A DNA stretch of 63,825 nt, filler included, from Actinomycetota bacterium (GTDB taxonomy: Bacteria > Actinomycetota > CADDZG01 > JAHWKV01 > JAOPZY01), in NCBI GenBank assembly GCA_025963875.1. It is 3 parts of 3 records of this genome, joined end to end, with 100 filler letters (N's around TTAATTAATTAA, not from the genome) between each part and the next. Parts side by side here need not be neighbours in the genome. Positions count along the whole stretch, not along the records: positions 1 to 27,734 come from JAOPZY010000187.1; 2 more parts are not named here. One strand, 5' to 3'. How positions within the stretch are numbered: position 1 is the first letter of the stretch; each line of letters starts with the position of its first letter. The translations under genes and the position numbers were made by a program. The notes under the pieces are model-generated. The model saw nothing but the letters and a program-made list of their open reading frames with translations. It was not told the DNA's origin and ran no database searches. Of the stretch, positions 1 to 9,748 are shown one piece after another.

Positions 1-957
1 TTCGAGCGGATCTTCGAGTACATGGACCTCCCCGTGGAGATCGCCGACGCCCCCGATGCCCGCCCCCTCGCCCCCGAGGACGTCCGTGGCGAGGTGGCCT
101 TCCGGCACGTCCAGTTCCGCTACGACGACCCCGTCCCCCCGGCCCAACCGGAGCAAGGGGCAGCACCCGAGGAGGACGGCGCCGCCGAGGGACCACGTGA
201 GTGGACGCTGGATGGGGTCGACTTCGACATCCAGCCGGGCCAGCTCGCTGCCCTGGTCGGGCCGTCGGGGGCCGGGAAGACGACGACCACCTACCTCGTG
301 CCGCGCCTCTACGACGTGCAGGAGGGGGCTGTCGAGATCGACGGCATCGACGTGCGCAAGATCACCCTCGAGTCGCTCGGTGGGCTCATGGGCGTCGTCA
401 CGCAGGAGACGTACCTCTTCCACACCACGGTCCGGCGCAACCTGCAGCAGGGCAAGCTGGACGCCACCCAGGAAGAGCTCGAGGCCGCCTGCAAGGCGGC
501 GTTCATCCACGAACGGATCATGGAGCTACCCGAGGGCTACGACACGATGGTCGGGGAGCGGGGCTACAAGCTGTCCGGCGGCGAGAAGCAGCGCCTCGCG
601 ATTGCCCGGGTCATCCTGAAGGATCCCCGCATCCTGATCCTCGACGAGGCGACCTCCAGCCTCGACACCACCTCGGAGCGGCTGGTCCAGGAGGCCCTGC
701 GCCCGCTGATGCGGGGCCGCACCACCATCGCCATCGCCCACCGGCTGTCCACGATCCTCTCCGCAGACGTCATCTTCGTCCTGGAGCGGGGCCGCATCGT
801 CGAGCGGGGCACCCACGCCGAGCTCGTCCGCCAGGGTGGCCTCTACGCCGAGCTCTACGAGCAGCAGTTCCGGGGCGGTCTGGTCGAGGCGGAGTGCGAG
901 GACGGCCTGGTGCTCGCCACGGGCGCAATCGTCCCGGCGAGCAACGACCACGCCTAA
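1..957 (+). CDS. ABC transporter ATP-binding/permease (MsbA-like exporter), 5'-truncated
   Basis: Walker A GPSGAGKT, signature LSGGEKQR, Walker [10 protein letters not shown]; frame is open from position 1 ([10 protein letters not shown]). Confidence 0.92.
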   Translation, partial: FERIFEYMDLPVEIADAPDARPLAPEDVRGEVAFRHVQFRYDDPVPPAQPEQGAAPEEDGAAEGPREWTLDGVDFDIQPGQLAALVGPSGAGKTTTTYLVPRLYDVQEGAVEIDGIDVRKITLESLGGLMGVVTQETYLFHTTVRRNLQQGKLDATQEELEAACKAAFIHERIMELPEGYDTMVGERGYKLSGGEKQRLAIARVILKDPRILILDEATSSLDTTSERLVQEALRPLMRGRTTIAIAHRLSTILSADVIFVLERGRIVERGTHAELVRQGGLYAELYEQQFRGGLVEAECEDGLVLATGAIVPASNDHA

Positions 958-982
958 ACCGCAGGTGGTGTCGCCGAGCCCG

Positions 983-1723
983 TCAGATCGGCGGGAGCCG
1001 GTGGGTCACCTTGACGGTCTCGTTGCCGCCCATTCTCACGGTGTCGTTGAACTCCCGCTCCGGCTCGGGCTCCGGTAGCGGCGGCTCCGCGTCGTGGCTG
1101 CTGAGCAACCGCAGGAGCAGCCGGTAGAGCCGGTCGGCTTCGGGGGCGGCGTCGTTGACCCCCACCCTGACGGTCTCGTTGGCTCCGGGCTCCGGCAGGG
1201 TCTCCCGCCCGGACTTCGGCTCGGGCTCCGCCGCCGGCGCCGTCTCCTGGCTGCCGCTCAGCAACCGCAGGATCAGGCTGTAGACCCGGTCGGCGTTGGG
1301 GATCCTCGTCAGGCTGCGCAGCCCGGGGTGGCCGCTCAGGTTGAGCTCGAGGTCGCAGTACCCGAGGAGCCGCCCGCCGATGGTGCGCCGGTAGGTGGTG
1401 TCGATGACCAGCCGCAGCGGGAGGGCCGTGATGCGGCGGGCGACCAGGCCCTCGATGAGGAGGATCCGCTGGTTCGTGATCACGTAGCGGGTGAGCGACC
1501 ACTGCCCCGCACGCCAGCCGAAGTAGAGGGTACCGAGCAGGGTGATGCCGGCCCCGATCTGCCCGAGATGGTAGGTGGGCCACCGGTAGGACTCGGCACC
1601 GAGGAAGAGGCCGAGCGCGAGGGCGACCACGAAAACCACGAAAGAGGTCGCCAGCACGACCGTGTGCCGCCGGGACGTGTAGATGAGCCGCTCTCCGGGG
1701 GTGAGGTACCGGATGTGTCCCAT
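983..1723 (-). CDS. membrane protein with bacterial PH (bPH_2-like) domain and duplicated C-terminal tail
   Basis: YLTPGERLIYTSRRH N-terminus, two TM helices, YVITNQRIL...GRLLGY pattern. Confidence 0.75.
   Translation of the reverse strand: MGHIRYLTPGERLIYTSRRHTVVLATSFVVFVVALALGLFLGAESYRWPTYHLGQIGAGITLLGTLYFGWRAGQWSLTRYVITNQRILLIEGLVARRITALPLRLVIDTTYRRTIGGRLLGYCDLELNLSGHPGLRSLTRIPNADRVYSLILRLLSGSQETAPAAEPEPKSGRETLPEPGANETVRVGVNDAAPEADRLYRLLLRLLSSHDAEPPLPEPEPEREFNDTVRMGGNETVKVTHRLPPI
1013..1295. repeat. 156-bp-period intragenic tandem duplication
   Basis: GCAACCGCAG at 1105 and 1261, GACGGTCTCGTTG at 1013 and 1169; peptides ADRVYSLILRLLS / ADRLYRLLLRLLS. Confidence 0.8.
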
Positions 1724-1771
1724 AGTGTGAATTTTTACACAAAACTCACCGCCCGTGCATTCCGGACCGGG

Positions 1772-2371
1772 TCAGTTGCCCGGTCTGCCGTTGCGGGCCG
1801 CTCGGGCCTGCTTCACCACGTTGCGGATCTGGTCCACGTGGGCGTCCTCGTGGGACAGGCCCCTGGCAAAGCGCTCTTTCGCCTGCTGCCACGTCGGGGT
1901 GGCTGGGTCCGGGTCGACGTCCGAGGGAGGGGAGGCCGGCCACATCTGAAGGCTGGCCAGGCGCATCCTGCGGCTGTCCGCGAGGCGCCGGCGGCACTGG
2001 TCGATGGTGGTGACGGTCTTCCACGGCACCTCCCAGCGGGACCGGCCATGGAAAGGAACCCCACGGGCCAGCTCCTGCGCCAGGGCCGCCGACTCCTCGG
2101 CCGAGGCGGTCACGTGGACCACGAGGTGGCCAAGGTTCCAGGCCAGGTCCCGGTCGGCAGGGTCTGCAGCCGCAGGATCGTCGGCGGCGGGGTCCTCCGG
2201 CACGAAGACGACGTCGGCATCGGTAGCCTCTGCCAGGATCTCCTCGATCTGGGCGATGGAACTGTCGGTCGCGGCGGCGAGGTCGTCGAGGCTCAGGTCT
2301 GCGACCAGGTCGGCAAGTTTCGCCTCACGGGCGCGCACCCGGCCGAAGTCAAGCTGAGGTGTGGTGGGCAT
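1772..2371 (-). CDS. DinB-like four-helix bundle protein
   Basis: WNLGHLVVH and HEDAHVDQI histidine pattern typical of the DinB/YfiT superfamily. Confidence 0.7.
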   Translation of the reverse strand: MPTTPQLDFGRVRAREAKLADLVADLSLDDLAAATDSSIAQIEEILAEATDADVVFVPEDPAADDPAAADPADRDLAWNLGHLVVHVTASAEESAALAQELARGVPFHGRSRWEVPWKTVTTIDQCRRRLADSRRMRLASLQMWPASPPSDVDPDPATPTWQQAKERFARGLSHEDAHVDQIRNVVKQARAARNGRPGN

Positions 2372-2389
2372 GTCCCAACTGTAGCGGGC

Positions 2390-3424
2390 TCAGGCGGCCC
2401 GTCGCCACGGCGAGCTGCTCGTCGAGTTCCCGAGGCTGCAGGCCGTGGCGACGGGCCGCTGCCTGCGGGCCTGGCGGCGAATCGAAACGAACCGGCGGAT
2501 GCTGAACGCTGCCACGAGAAGGGCCACCAGTCCGACGGGGATCCACACGCTGCTGGGGTGCGAGGAGCGGGAGACCGGCTTGGCGGAGATCGCCTGGACG
2601 GGCTGGGCGGGCGGGGCTGCGGGCGCGGCCACTGCGGGCGCAGGCGCCGGTTTGGCGGCGACGGTGGTTGCGGCGGCCGGGGCGGGGGCAGCAGCCACCA
2701 CCGGGGCCTTGATCGGCGCGGGCTTCGTCATGGCGACCGCAACCGGCGCCTTGGCAACGGGGGCTTTGATCACCGGAGCCTTGACCACCGGCGCCTTGGC
2801 GACCGGGGCGGGCTGTGTGGCGACGGGCCTGGTGACGGCGAGGGCGGTGCGCTGCGATGGCCCACCGGGGATCTGCGCGAAGTCCTCGGTGACGTACACC
2901 CAGTTCTTCAAGTCCAGGGCGATCCCGAGGCCGACAGACGTGAACCGGCCCTCGAGGGTGATGTTGCGGTGAGGGATGTCGCTATAGAGAAGGGCGTCGT
3001 TGGCGGCCAGCGTGCTGTCCATGGCCACGTTTTCGCCGAGATAGGTAGCACCCATCGCGGCGCGGCCCTGGTCGATGAATCCGGCGACGTTGTGCCAGAT
3101 GTCGCCGGCCGCAGCCATGTCCTGCGAGTGCTGCTGGGCAACCGAGTGGGCCCACGCGATCTGCTGGACCGCACCGACGCCGGCAGCGGCCCGCTCGGCA
3201 TTGATCATCGAGAGCATCTGCGCCTCGAGTTCGTCCACCGACCCGACGGGACCGGCCGGCTGCGGTGGTGCAGGGGCGGTGGCTGCGTTGTCGCTGCCGG
3301 TGCCGCTCGTGGTAAGGCTCTCGGGCACGGCGGTTGTAGCGAGGGAAGCGGGGGCAAGGGCGGTGAGGACAGAAAGAACCAGAGCCGTTCTTACCGGGAT
3401 CGCCACAAGCCGGTTCCAGCGCAC
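2390..3424 (-). CDS. secreted/membrane CAP (SCP-like) domain protein with Pro/Ala linker
   Basis: INAERAAAG, HSQDMA, GENVA, PHRNITL, VGLG motifs; GTG start at 3424 after AGGAGAGG; (KAPVx)n repeats; C-terminal TM helix. Confidence 0.82.
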   Translation of the reverse strand: MRWNRLVAIPVRTALVLSVLTALAPASLATTAVPESLTTSGTGSDNAATAPAPPQPAGPVGSVDELEAQMLSMINAERAAAGVGAVQQIAWAHSVAQQHSQDMAAAGDIWHNVAGFIDQGRAAMGATYLGENVAMDSTLAANDALLYSDIPHRNITLEGRFTSVGLGIALDLKNWVYVTEDFAQIPGGPSQRTALAVTRPVATQPAPVAKAPVVKAPVIKAPVAKAPVAVAMTKPAPIKAPVVAAAPAPAAATTVAAKPAPAPAVAAPAAPPAQPVQAISAKPVSRSSHPSSVWIPVGLVALLVAAFSIRRFVSIRRQARRQRPVATACSLGNSTSSSPWRRAA

Positions 3425-3770
3425 GATGGTCCTCTCCTGAGCCCCGACCTCAGCGAGCAGACCATGCGGCCGCTTATCTGGCGGATAACCCAACAGTTGA
3501 GTTATCGGTGCAGCGGCCTATTTGGAGATGGTTCGTTTACGTCATTTATTGCGCTGGGGCAGGTGGGTTGCGACTCATCCGAGAGGCGGATGTACCGTGC
3601 CATTTAGCGGTATCAATCTGGGCTGAATCAGCTACCCGAGCAGACCCCTTGGGTGGGGACAGGTGGCCACAAATGACCAGCCAGCGGTCTGGATGGTCGA
3701 TTCGGGAGCTCTGGCGGGACCCCGCGGGCCCGTAACGCGGCGAAGACCGGAGAAAAACTACCCGCGAGGG

Positions 3771-5717
3771 CTACGCGGTCGGGGGCTGTCCCGGGGTTGG
3801 GCGCGAGGCGCTGTGGGACAGCGTCGCGACGTCCTGCGGCTGCGACCCGGCAGGCCCTGCAGCGACCGCCAGGACCTCGTCGCCGTCGATGGTCTCCTTC
3901 TCCAGGAGCAGATCGATCAGGCGGTCCAGGGCGTCGCGGTGGTCCGACAGGAGCTGCGTCGCCCGGGCCCCCGCCTCCTTGAGCAGCCGCTGCACCTCCT
4001 CGTCGATCAGCTGCTGGGTCGCCTCGGAGTACTGCCGGCTGGAGATGAGCTGGTCGCCGAGGTAGGAGGGGTCGTCGGACGAGAAGCCGACGGGGCCGAG
4101 CCGCGGGCTCATGCCGTACTCCCGCACCATACGGACGGCGAGCTGGGTGGCCCCCGCCAGGTCGTTGGCGGCACCGCTGGAGACCTCCCCGAGGATGAGG
4201 CGCTCCGCCGCTCGCCCTCCCATCCGGACGGAGAGCGAATCGGCGAGATAACTCTCCGGGTACAGATGGCGCTCGTCCACCGGCAGCATCTGGGTCACGC
4301 CCAGGGCATGGCCAGCCGGCAGGATGGTGACCTTGGACACGGGGTCGGCGTGCGGCGAGAGCACCGCCACGAGGGCGTGGCCGGCCTCGTGCACCGCAAC
4401 CGAGCGCTTCTCGTTGGGCAGCAGGGCATTCGTGGCGTCCCTCCTGCCGAGGATGATGCGGTCCCTGGCCACGAAGAAGTCGTCGGTGCCGATGGACTCC
4501 CGTCCGCTTCGGATCGCGACGATCGCAGCCTCGTTGACCAGATTGGCGAGGTCGGCCCCCGAGAACCCCGGCGTCCCCCGCGAGACGGCGTCGAGATCGA
4601 CGTCGCTCGCCATGTTCTTGTTCTTGGCGTGCAGCGCCAGGATCATCGCCCGCTCCTTCTGGTTCGGCAACGGGATCTCGACGGTTCGGTCGAAGCGCCC
4701 CGGGCGCAGCAGCGCTTTGTCGAGGGTCTCCGGCCGGTTGGTGGCCGCCATGACGACCACCCCCGTCGAGGGGTCGAAGCCGTCCATCTCCGCAAGCATC
4801 TGGTTGAGCGTCTGCTCGCGCTCGTCGTTGGCTCCGAGGGCGCTCCCGCCCCGGCGCTGCCCGATGGCGTCGATCTCGTCGATGAAGATGATGGAGGGCG
4901 CCCGCTTCCGGGCCTCCGAAAAGAGGTCGCGCATCCGGGAAGCCCCCACGCCGACGAACAGTTCGATGAAGCTCGAGCCGGTGACCGAGAAGAAGGCCAC
5001 GCCGGCCTCACCGGCCACGGCGCGGGCCATCAGCGTCTTGCCGGTTCCCGGGGGGCCGACCATGAGGACACCCTTCGGTCCCACCGCGCCGACTTTGGCG
5101 TAGCGATCGGGGTTCTTCAGGAAGTCGACGACCTCGCTGACCTCCTGCTTGGCGCCCTCGTACCCGGCGACGTCGCTGAAGTGGGTGGACGGCTTGCTCG
5201 CGTCGTAGAGCTTGGCCTTGGAACCGGTGATTGCTCCGAGCCCCCCGGTCAGCTGCCGCCCTGCCCGACGCCCGAGCCACATGAACAGGCCGAGGAAGAA
5301 CAGCAGCGGCAGGAAGCTGGCGAGGATGCTGCCGATGCCGGTCGACGGTCCCTGGCCGGTGATCTGGACGTTGTGGCTCTCGAGGACCGGCGCGAGGTTG
5401 TTGTCCTGGAGGGGAACGGGGATCTGGGACTTATAGGTCGTGCCGTCGCCGAGCTTTCCGTTGATGGACCCGTTCGAGTCGATCGTGGCCGTCTTCACCT
5501 TGCCGCCGTTGACGTCGTCGAGGAACTGGGAGTAGGTGAGCGTCGCGGTGGGGCTGCTCGGCTTCAGCAGGCGTGGGCTCAGCAGGAGGAAGGTCAGGGC
5601 GATGCCGGCGAGGATCAGCCAGACGCGCCAGGCGGGCGGCGGGGGCGGCGCAGGGCCGCGCGGCCGGGTCTCCCGCGAGGAGTCTGGCTTTCGTCCCGAA
5701 CTGATGTGATGCTCCAC
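3771..5717 (-). CDS. ftsH: ATP-dependent zinc metalloprotease FtsH
   Basis: two TM helices, Walker [29 protein letters not shown] zinc motif; start uncertain (GTG 5717 or ATG 5765). Confidence 0.95.
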   Translation of the reverse strand: MEHHISSGRKPDSSRETRPRGPAPPPPPAWRVWLILAGIALTFLLLSPRLLKPSSPTATLTYSQFLDDVNGGKVKTATIDSNGSINGKLGDGTTYKSQIPVPLQDNNLAPVLESHNVQITGQGPSTGIGSILASFLPLLFFLGLFMWLGRRAGRQLTGGLGAITGSKAKLYDASKPSTHFSDVAGYEGAKQEVSEVVDFLKNPDRYAKVGAVGPKGVLMVGPPGTGKTLMARAVAGEAGVAFFSVTGSSFIELFVGVGASRMRDLFSEARKRAPSIIFIDEIDAIGQRRGGSALGANDEREQTLNQMLAEMDGFDPSTGVVVMAATNRPETLDKALLRPGRFDRTVEIPLPNQKERAMILALHAKNKNMASDVDLDAVSRGTPGFSGADLANLVNEAAIVAIRSGRESIGTDDFFVARDRIILGRRDATNALLPNEKRSVAVHEAGHALVAVLSPHADPVSKVTILPAGHALGVTQMLPVDERHLYPESYLADSLSVRMGGRAAERLILGEVSSGAANDLAGATQLAVRMVREYGMSPRLGPVGFSSDDPSYLGDQLISSRQYSEATQQLIDEEVQRLLKEAGARATQLLSDHRDALDRLIDLLLEKETIDGDEVLAVAAGPAGSQPQDVATLSHSASRPTPGQPPTA

Positions 5718-5872
5718 TTTCGACCCGCCTTTAGCGCTCGTGGATTGCCTGCTGGGCCCGATCATGGTTACCTGTCTGGCCGATCAGTGGTCCTGATCAA
5801 TGATACGGCGGAGTGTGTGCCACGCCGCCCCGGCCCCAGCCGCCCCACAGGGTGGGGACACCGCTCAGGTGT

Positions 5873-6583
5873 CTAGGCAGTATTCCCGGCGATCCGGGGC
5901 TCACGCTCCGGGTGCGAGGCGTCGGTGAATTCCACGAACTCGCCCGTGATGATGAATGCCACCTGCTCGCCGATGTCCACCCCGTGATCGCCCACCCGCT
6001 CGATCTCCCGGGAGACGACGTGCATGCCAATGCCCCACTCGAGCAACGCCTGGTCGGGGGAGGCGTCGAGCACCGTCGGGAGCATGCCCCGGTTGAGCCG
6101 GTCGATGGTGTCGTCCATGGAGGTGAGGCGGCAGCAGAGTTCCAGGTCCCGCCGCTCGAAGGCATCCATGGCCGCTGCGACGATCTGCAGGGCGACCCCT
6201 CCCATCTCCTCCAGCCGCTCGAGCACGCAGGCGTTCGTGGGCAGACCCCAGGAGGCGTTGACGATCTTGGCGATGTTGACGGACATGTCGGCCACCCGCT
6301 CGAGGTGGAGGTTGATGTGCAGGAGAGCGGTCAACAGCCGCAAGTCGGACGCGACCGGCGCCTGGAGGGCGAACAGGTCCATGATGCGGCGCTCGATCTC
6401 GAGGTAGTACGCGTCCACGACGTCGTCGCCGGCGACCACCTGCTGGCAAACGCTGCGGTCGTGGCCCAGAAGGGCCTGCATCGAGAGGTCGAAGAGGTCC
6501 TGGGCGGCAACGCCCATGTCCTGGACTGCGCGCTCGAGGTCCTGGAGCTGCTCGTGGAAGTGCCGGCGCGGTTCCCTCAACAC
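5873..6583 (-). CDS. phoU: phosphate signalling complex protein PhoU
   Basis: ALQAPVASDLR, LERVAD and IERVGDH repeats of two PhoU domains. Confidence 0.93.
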   Translation of the reverse strand: MLREPRRHFHEQLQDLERAVQDMGVAAQDLFDLSMQALLGHDRSVCQQVVAGDDVVDAYYLEIERRIMDLFALQAPVASDLRLLTALLHINLHLERVADMSVNIAKIVNASWGLPTNACVLERLEEMGGVALQIVAAAMDAFERRDLELCCRLTSMDDTIDRLNRGMLPTVLDASPDQALLEWGIGMHVVSREIERVGDHGVDIGEQVAFIITGEFVEFTDASHPEREPRIAGNTA

Positions 6584-6845
6584 GGTGCCACTACCTCCGT
6601 CGATGCCCCCGCCCCCATCCTCGCGCCATTCGACGCGAACTGCCCTTACCGCTTATGCCCCGAAACGGCTGCCCCATGTTCGAGCCACGGCAATTCGCAG
6701 GAAGACTACCCAGAAAATAGGCTCCTTGCCCTATGGACTGGGCGCTTTGCCTAGCTGGCAGCCACCTTCCGGGAGGTCTCCCCAGGTGGGAAGGGCGCCC
6801 AGGAGCAGGCGAGGAGGCAGACAAGGTTGTGACAAGCTGCCTGGC

Positions 6846-7679
6846 ATGAGAGTCCGTGCCCGTATTGTGTTGGTGCTCTGGCTGGCAGCATCGGTCGTAC
6901 CTGCCTGCTCCCCCGCCAGCAGGCAGGCCTCGTCCTCCCCCAGTCGGCCCCCCACCAGCCTGCCCTCCACCACGGCTTCGACGCCGACCGCGGTGCCGGC
7001 CTCCCCCACCCCGCCGCCGGCCGGTTCCCTGGTCCTCCCGCGCACGGTGACCGGGAGCGCCGTGGTCGTCGCCCGCGGGTCGCCCGCCCGGCGCACCGTG
7101 TTCCTCACCTTCGACGCCGGGTCCGACACCGGCTTCGCGGCGCAGATCCTCGACACCCTGAAGGCTGCCGGGGTCAGTGCCACCTTCGGGATCACGGGCC
7201 GCTGGGCCGAGCAGAACGCCCCGCTGGTGCGCCGCATCGTGGCGGAGGGCCACAGCATTGTCAACCACACCTACGACCACCGTTCCTTCACCGGGGTGTC
7301 CTCGCATGCCGCACCGCTGTCGCCCGGCGACCGGATCGCCGAGATCGCGCATGCGGACCAGGTGCTGACGGGTCTGGCCGGTCACCCCGTGAAGCCGTGG
7401 TTCCGGCTCCCCTACGGCGACGGAGACCACAACGTCAACGCCCAGGTCCTCCAGGCCGGCTACCGGTACGTGCTCGGCTGGACCGTCGACTCGCTCGGAT
7501 GGCAGGGGCTCTCGGCCCCCGCTATCTCGACGCGGTGCCTGAGCAGGGCGGCGCCCGGTGTGATCTACCTCTTCCACGTCGGCTCCCAGTCACAGGACTC
7601 GGTAGCCCTGCCGGGCATGATCCAGAGTCTGAAGGACCAGGGCTACGGTTTCGACACGGTAGCCGACTTGGGGGCCTGA
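6846..7679 (+). CDS. polysaccharide deacetylase (CE4/NodB) lipoprotein
   Basis: lipobox VPAC, LTFDAG, NHTYDH, FRLPYG, WTVDS, LFH motifs. Confidence 0.88.
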   Translation: MRVRARIVLVLWLAASVVPACSPASRQASSSPSRPPTSLPSTTASTPTAVPASPTPPPAGSLVLPRTVTGSAVVVARGSPARRTVFLTFDAGSDTGFAAQILDTLKAAGVSATFGITGRWAEQNAPLVRRIVAEGHSIVNHTYDHRSFTGVSSHAAPLSPGDRIAEIAHADQVLTGLAGHPVKPWFRLPYGDGDHNVNAQVLQAGYRYVLGWTVDSLGWQGLSAPAISTRCLSRAAPGVIYLFHVGSQSQDSVALPGMIQSLKDQGYGFDTVADLGA

Positions 7680-8314
7680 GCGCCGGTCCTGGCGGTCCGC
7701 CCGGCGGGCTTGCGCGGGGGAGCCGTCCCGTTGCTCCTCCACGACGCGATCTCCCTGGCGATGGCCCTGCACGTCGCCCCCGCGACCTCTGGGTCGGCCC
7801 GCGCCAACACCCACACCCCGTGGGCAGTGGACGCCAGCAACTTGGCTCTGCGGTCCAGGAGCCCCCGGTCCATGTCTCCCTGGGCCACACCGCCACGCAG
7901 GGCATGCGAGAAGGCGGTGTGGTAACGGGTCGCCAGGCGGGTGGCCACGGGGGTGAACTCGGCGTCGCGGTGGGCGAGCTCGGTGATGGAGTTGACCATG
8001 AGGCACCCCCGCCGTGAGGCAGGGTCGCGGAAGAACGCGGCGAGGTCGGCGAAGAACCGCGCTGCCTCGCCGAGGCCGGCGCCCGGGGCCTCGACCCCTG
8101 CCAGCATTCGAGTGAGGAACCCGCCCTCGTACTCGGCGAGGGCTGCCTGGAAGAGCGCCTGTTTGGAGCCGAAGGCCAGGTACAGGCTGGAACGCCCGAG
8201 GCCCGTTGCCTGCTCCAGGTCGTCGATGCCGGTGGCAAGGAAGCCGCCCGTCCAGAACGCCTGCTCCGCGGCGATGATCACCGCCTGCCGTTCGTAGCTC
8301 TTTGGCCGTGCCAC
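7643..8314 (-). CDS. TetR/AcrR family regulator (NemR/ComR-like)
   Basis: MARPKSY..., HTH GLGRSSLYLAFGSK, GCLMVN motif. Confidence 0.9.
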   Translation of the reverse strand: MARPKSYERQAVIIAAEQAFWTGGFLATGIDDLEQATGLGRSSLYLAFGSKQALFQAALAEYEGGFLTRMLAGVEAPGAGLGEAARFFADLAAFFRDPASRRGCLMVNSITELAHRDAEFTPVATRLATRYHTAFSHALRGGVAQGDMDRGLLDRRAKLLASTAHGVWVLARADPEVAGATCRAIAREIASWRSNGTAPPRKPAGRTARTGAQAPKSATVSKP

Positions 8315-8333
8315 CCGACCATCCTCCAGGATA

Positions 8334-8398
8334 TGGAACGCTCTGTCCAGTATTCGTTTCGTACCGTCCGTTCCAAGAGTTTTGGAATGGCTGGTACG
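8334..8398. promoter_or_regulatory. three related 16-bp putative TetR operators
   Basis: TGGAACGCTCTGTCCA (8334-8349), CGTACCGTCCGTTCCA (8360-8375, inverted), TGGAATGGCTGGTACG (8383-8398) between the divergent genes. Confidence 0.62.
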
Positions 8399-8409
8399 AT
8401 AGCCCGGCC

Positions 8410-9492
8410 ATGATCGAGAGCCTGGAGGACAGCCTGAGGGAGGCGGCCGCCCCCTATGCCATCCTCGACCTGCGGACGAACCGTCTCACGGCGGCCAACG
8501 ATGCCTTCGCCAACCTCCTGGAGATCCCCGACGGCATGGTCGAGGGGACCGAGGTGCTGGGGCTGCTGACGCCGGAGACCCGGGCCGTTGCCGAATGCGT
8601 CACCGCCGCCATGGCGGGCGGGGTGGTGTCGTCCTGCCACGGCACTGCCCTGTTCCAGCTGCCCAGCGGCGACGGTGTCGAGCTGGCGGCGTGGATGCAC
8701 TCCCTGCCCGGCGGACGGGCACTCATGGGAGTCGCCCCGGCCGCCGCCCATCTTCCCGACCGTGCCCCGGGCGCCGGGCTGGACCACGCACTGACGCCCG
8801 GATATCACGCCTGCCGCCTCGTCCTCGGGGCCGTCGACCACGAATGGCGGTTCAGCGAGATCAGCCCGGACGTCGCGACGTGGTTCGGGTGGAAGCCGGA
8901 GGAGTACCGGGGCAGGCCGCTGCAGTCAGTGGTCCACCCCGACGATGCCCCGCTCCTGCTGCTGGCCCTCGGGCGCTCCGGTGTGGACCGCCGGGGGGCT
9001 GCCGCCGTGGTCCGGATGCGCTCCGAAGGCCCGCCTGTGTTCGAGGGTTCCGAGGACCCTTCTCCGCCCCCCGTCTGGGTGCCGGTGCGCTGCGAGGTGA
9101 GCCCGCTGTGCGACCACAACCCGGCCCGTTTCGCCGTGGCCATGTGGGTGCTCGACACAGACCGCGACACCGAGTCCCCCAAGCAGCGCGCGGCCCGCCT
9201 CGAGGACCACCTCTGGCGCATCGCCCTCGAGGTCGCCGCCGCGGGGATCGGCGACGCCCCCGCCTCCGGAGACATGGGGGGCCATCCCGCCCTCCGCGAG
9301 CTGTCCCAGCGCCAGGTGGAGATCCTGCGCCGCCTGCTACGCGGCGAGCGTGTGTCCATGATCGCCCGGGACCTGTTCATCAGCCCCAGCACGGTGCGCA
9401 ACCACCTGGCTGCCATCTACCGCCGTCTCGGGGTCCACTCCCAGGCCGAGCTCCTCGCCCGGCTGTTGCCGGGCCGGAGGGCCACGGCCTGA
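8410..9492 (+). CDS. PAS-domain LuxR-type HTH regulator, copy 1
   Basis: PAS-like VVHPDD segment; C-terminal LSQRQVEILRRLLRGE...STVRNHL LuxR HTH. Confidence 0.85.
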   Translation: MIESLEDSLREAAAPYAILDLRTNRLTAANDAFANLLEIPDGMVEGTEVLGLLTPETRAVAECVTAAMAGGVVSSCHGTALFQLPSGDGVELAAWMHSLPGGRALMGVAPAAAHLPDRAPGAGLDHALTPGYHACRLVLGAVDHEWRFSEISPDVATWFGWKPEEYRGRPLQSVVHPDDAPLLLLALGRSGVDRRGAAAVVRMRSEGPPVFEGSEDPSPPPVWVPVRCEVSPLCDHNPARFAVAMWVLDTDRDTESPKQRAARLEDHLWRIALEVAAAGIGDAPASGDMGGHPALRELSQRQVEILRRLLRGERVSMIARDLFISPSTVRNHLAAIYRRLGVHSQAELLARLLPGRRATA

Positions 9493-9748
9493 ACCGAGAT
9501 TGCAATCGTCTAGCGACAAGGACACCATGCCCACCCTTTTGCCGGGGTTTTCCTGATGCCGAAACGGCATAATCCGACGAGCGGGAGGGGTGATGGTTCC
9601 CGCACGCGCCCGAACTTGACTTCGTCAGCCGTCGGAGATCGTTTGATGTCCCTGCTTCGCCTTGCCGTCCTTCTGTGTCAGCGTAGGAACTGCGCGGTCG
9701 GGTGCGGCGTTGAATACGCCTGACTCGGGTGCCCTCAGGTCAACCCCG

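Noticed and set aside
2746..2810. 15-bp tandem repeats (also 12-bp repeats at 63578-63613 and pentapeptide codons at 19215-19520)
   Set aside because: Explained by coding low-complexity peptide repeats.
3494..3770. c-di-AMP (ydaO) riboswitch upstream of the CAP-domain gene
   Set aside because: GCTGAATC is present but on the wrong strand, and the other conserved blocks are missing.
1094..5876. Very long antisense or alternate-frame ORFs (for example 1094-3607, 3663-5876, 38065-39978, 46823-49411, 55531-57621)
   Set aside because: Shadow ORFs expected in high-GC DNA opposite well-supported genes; no motifs.
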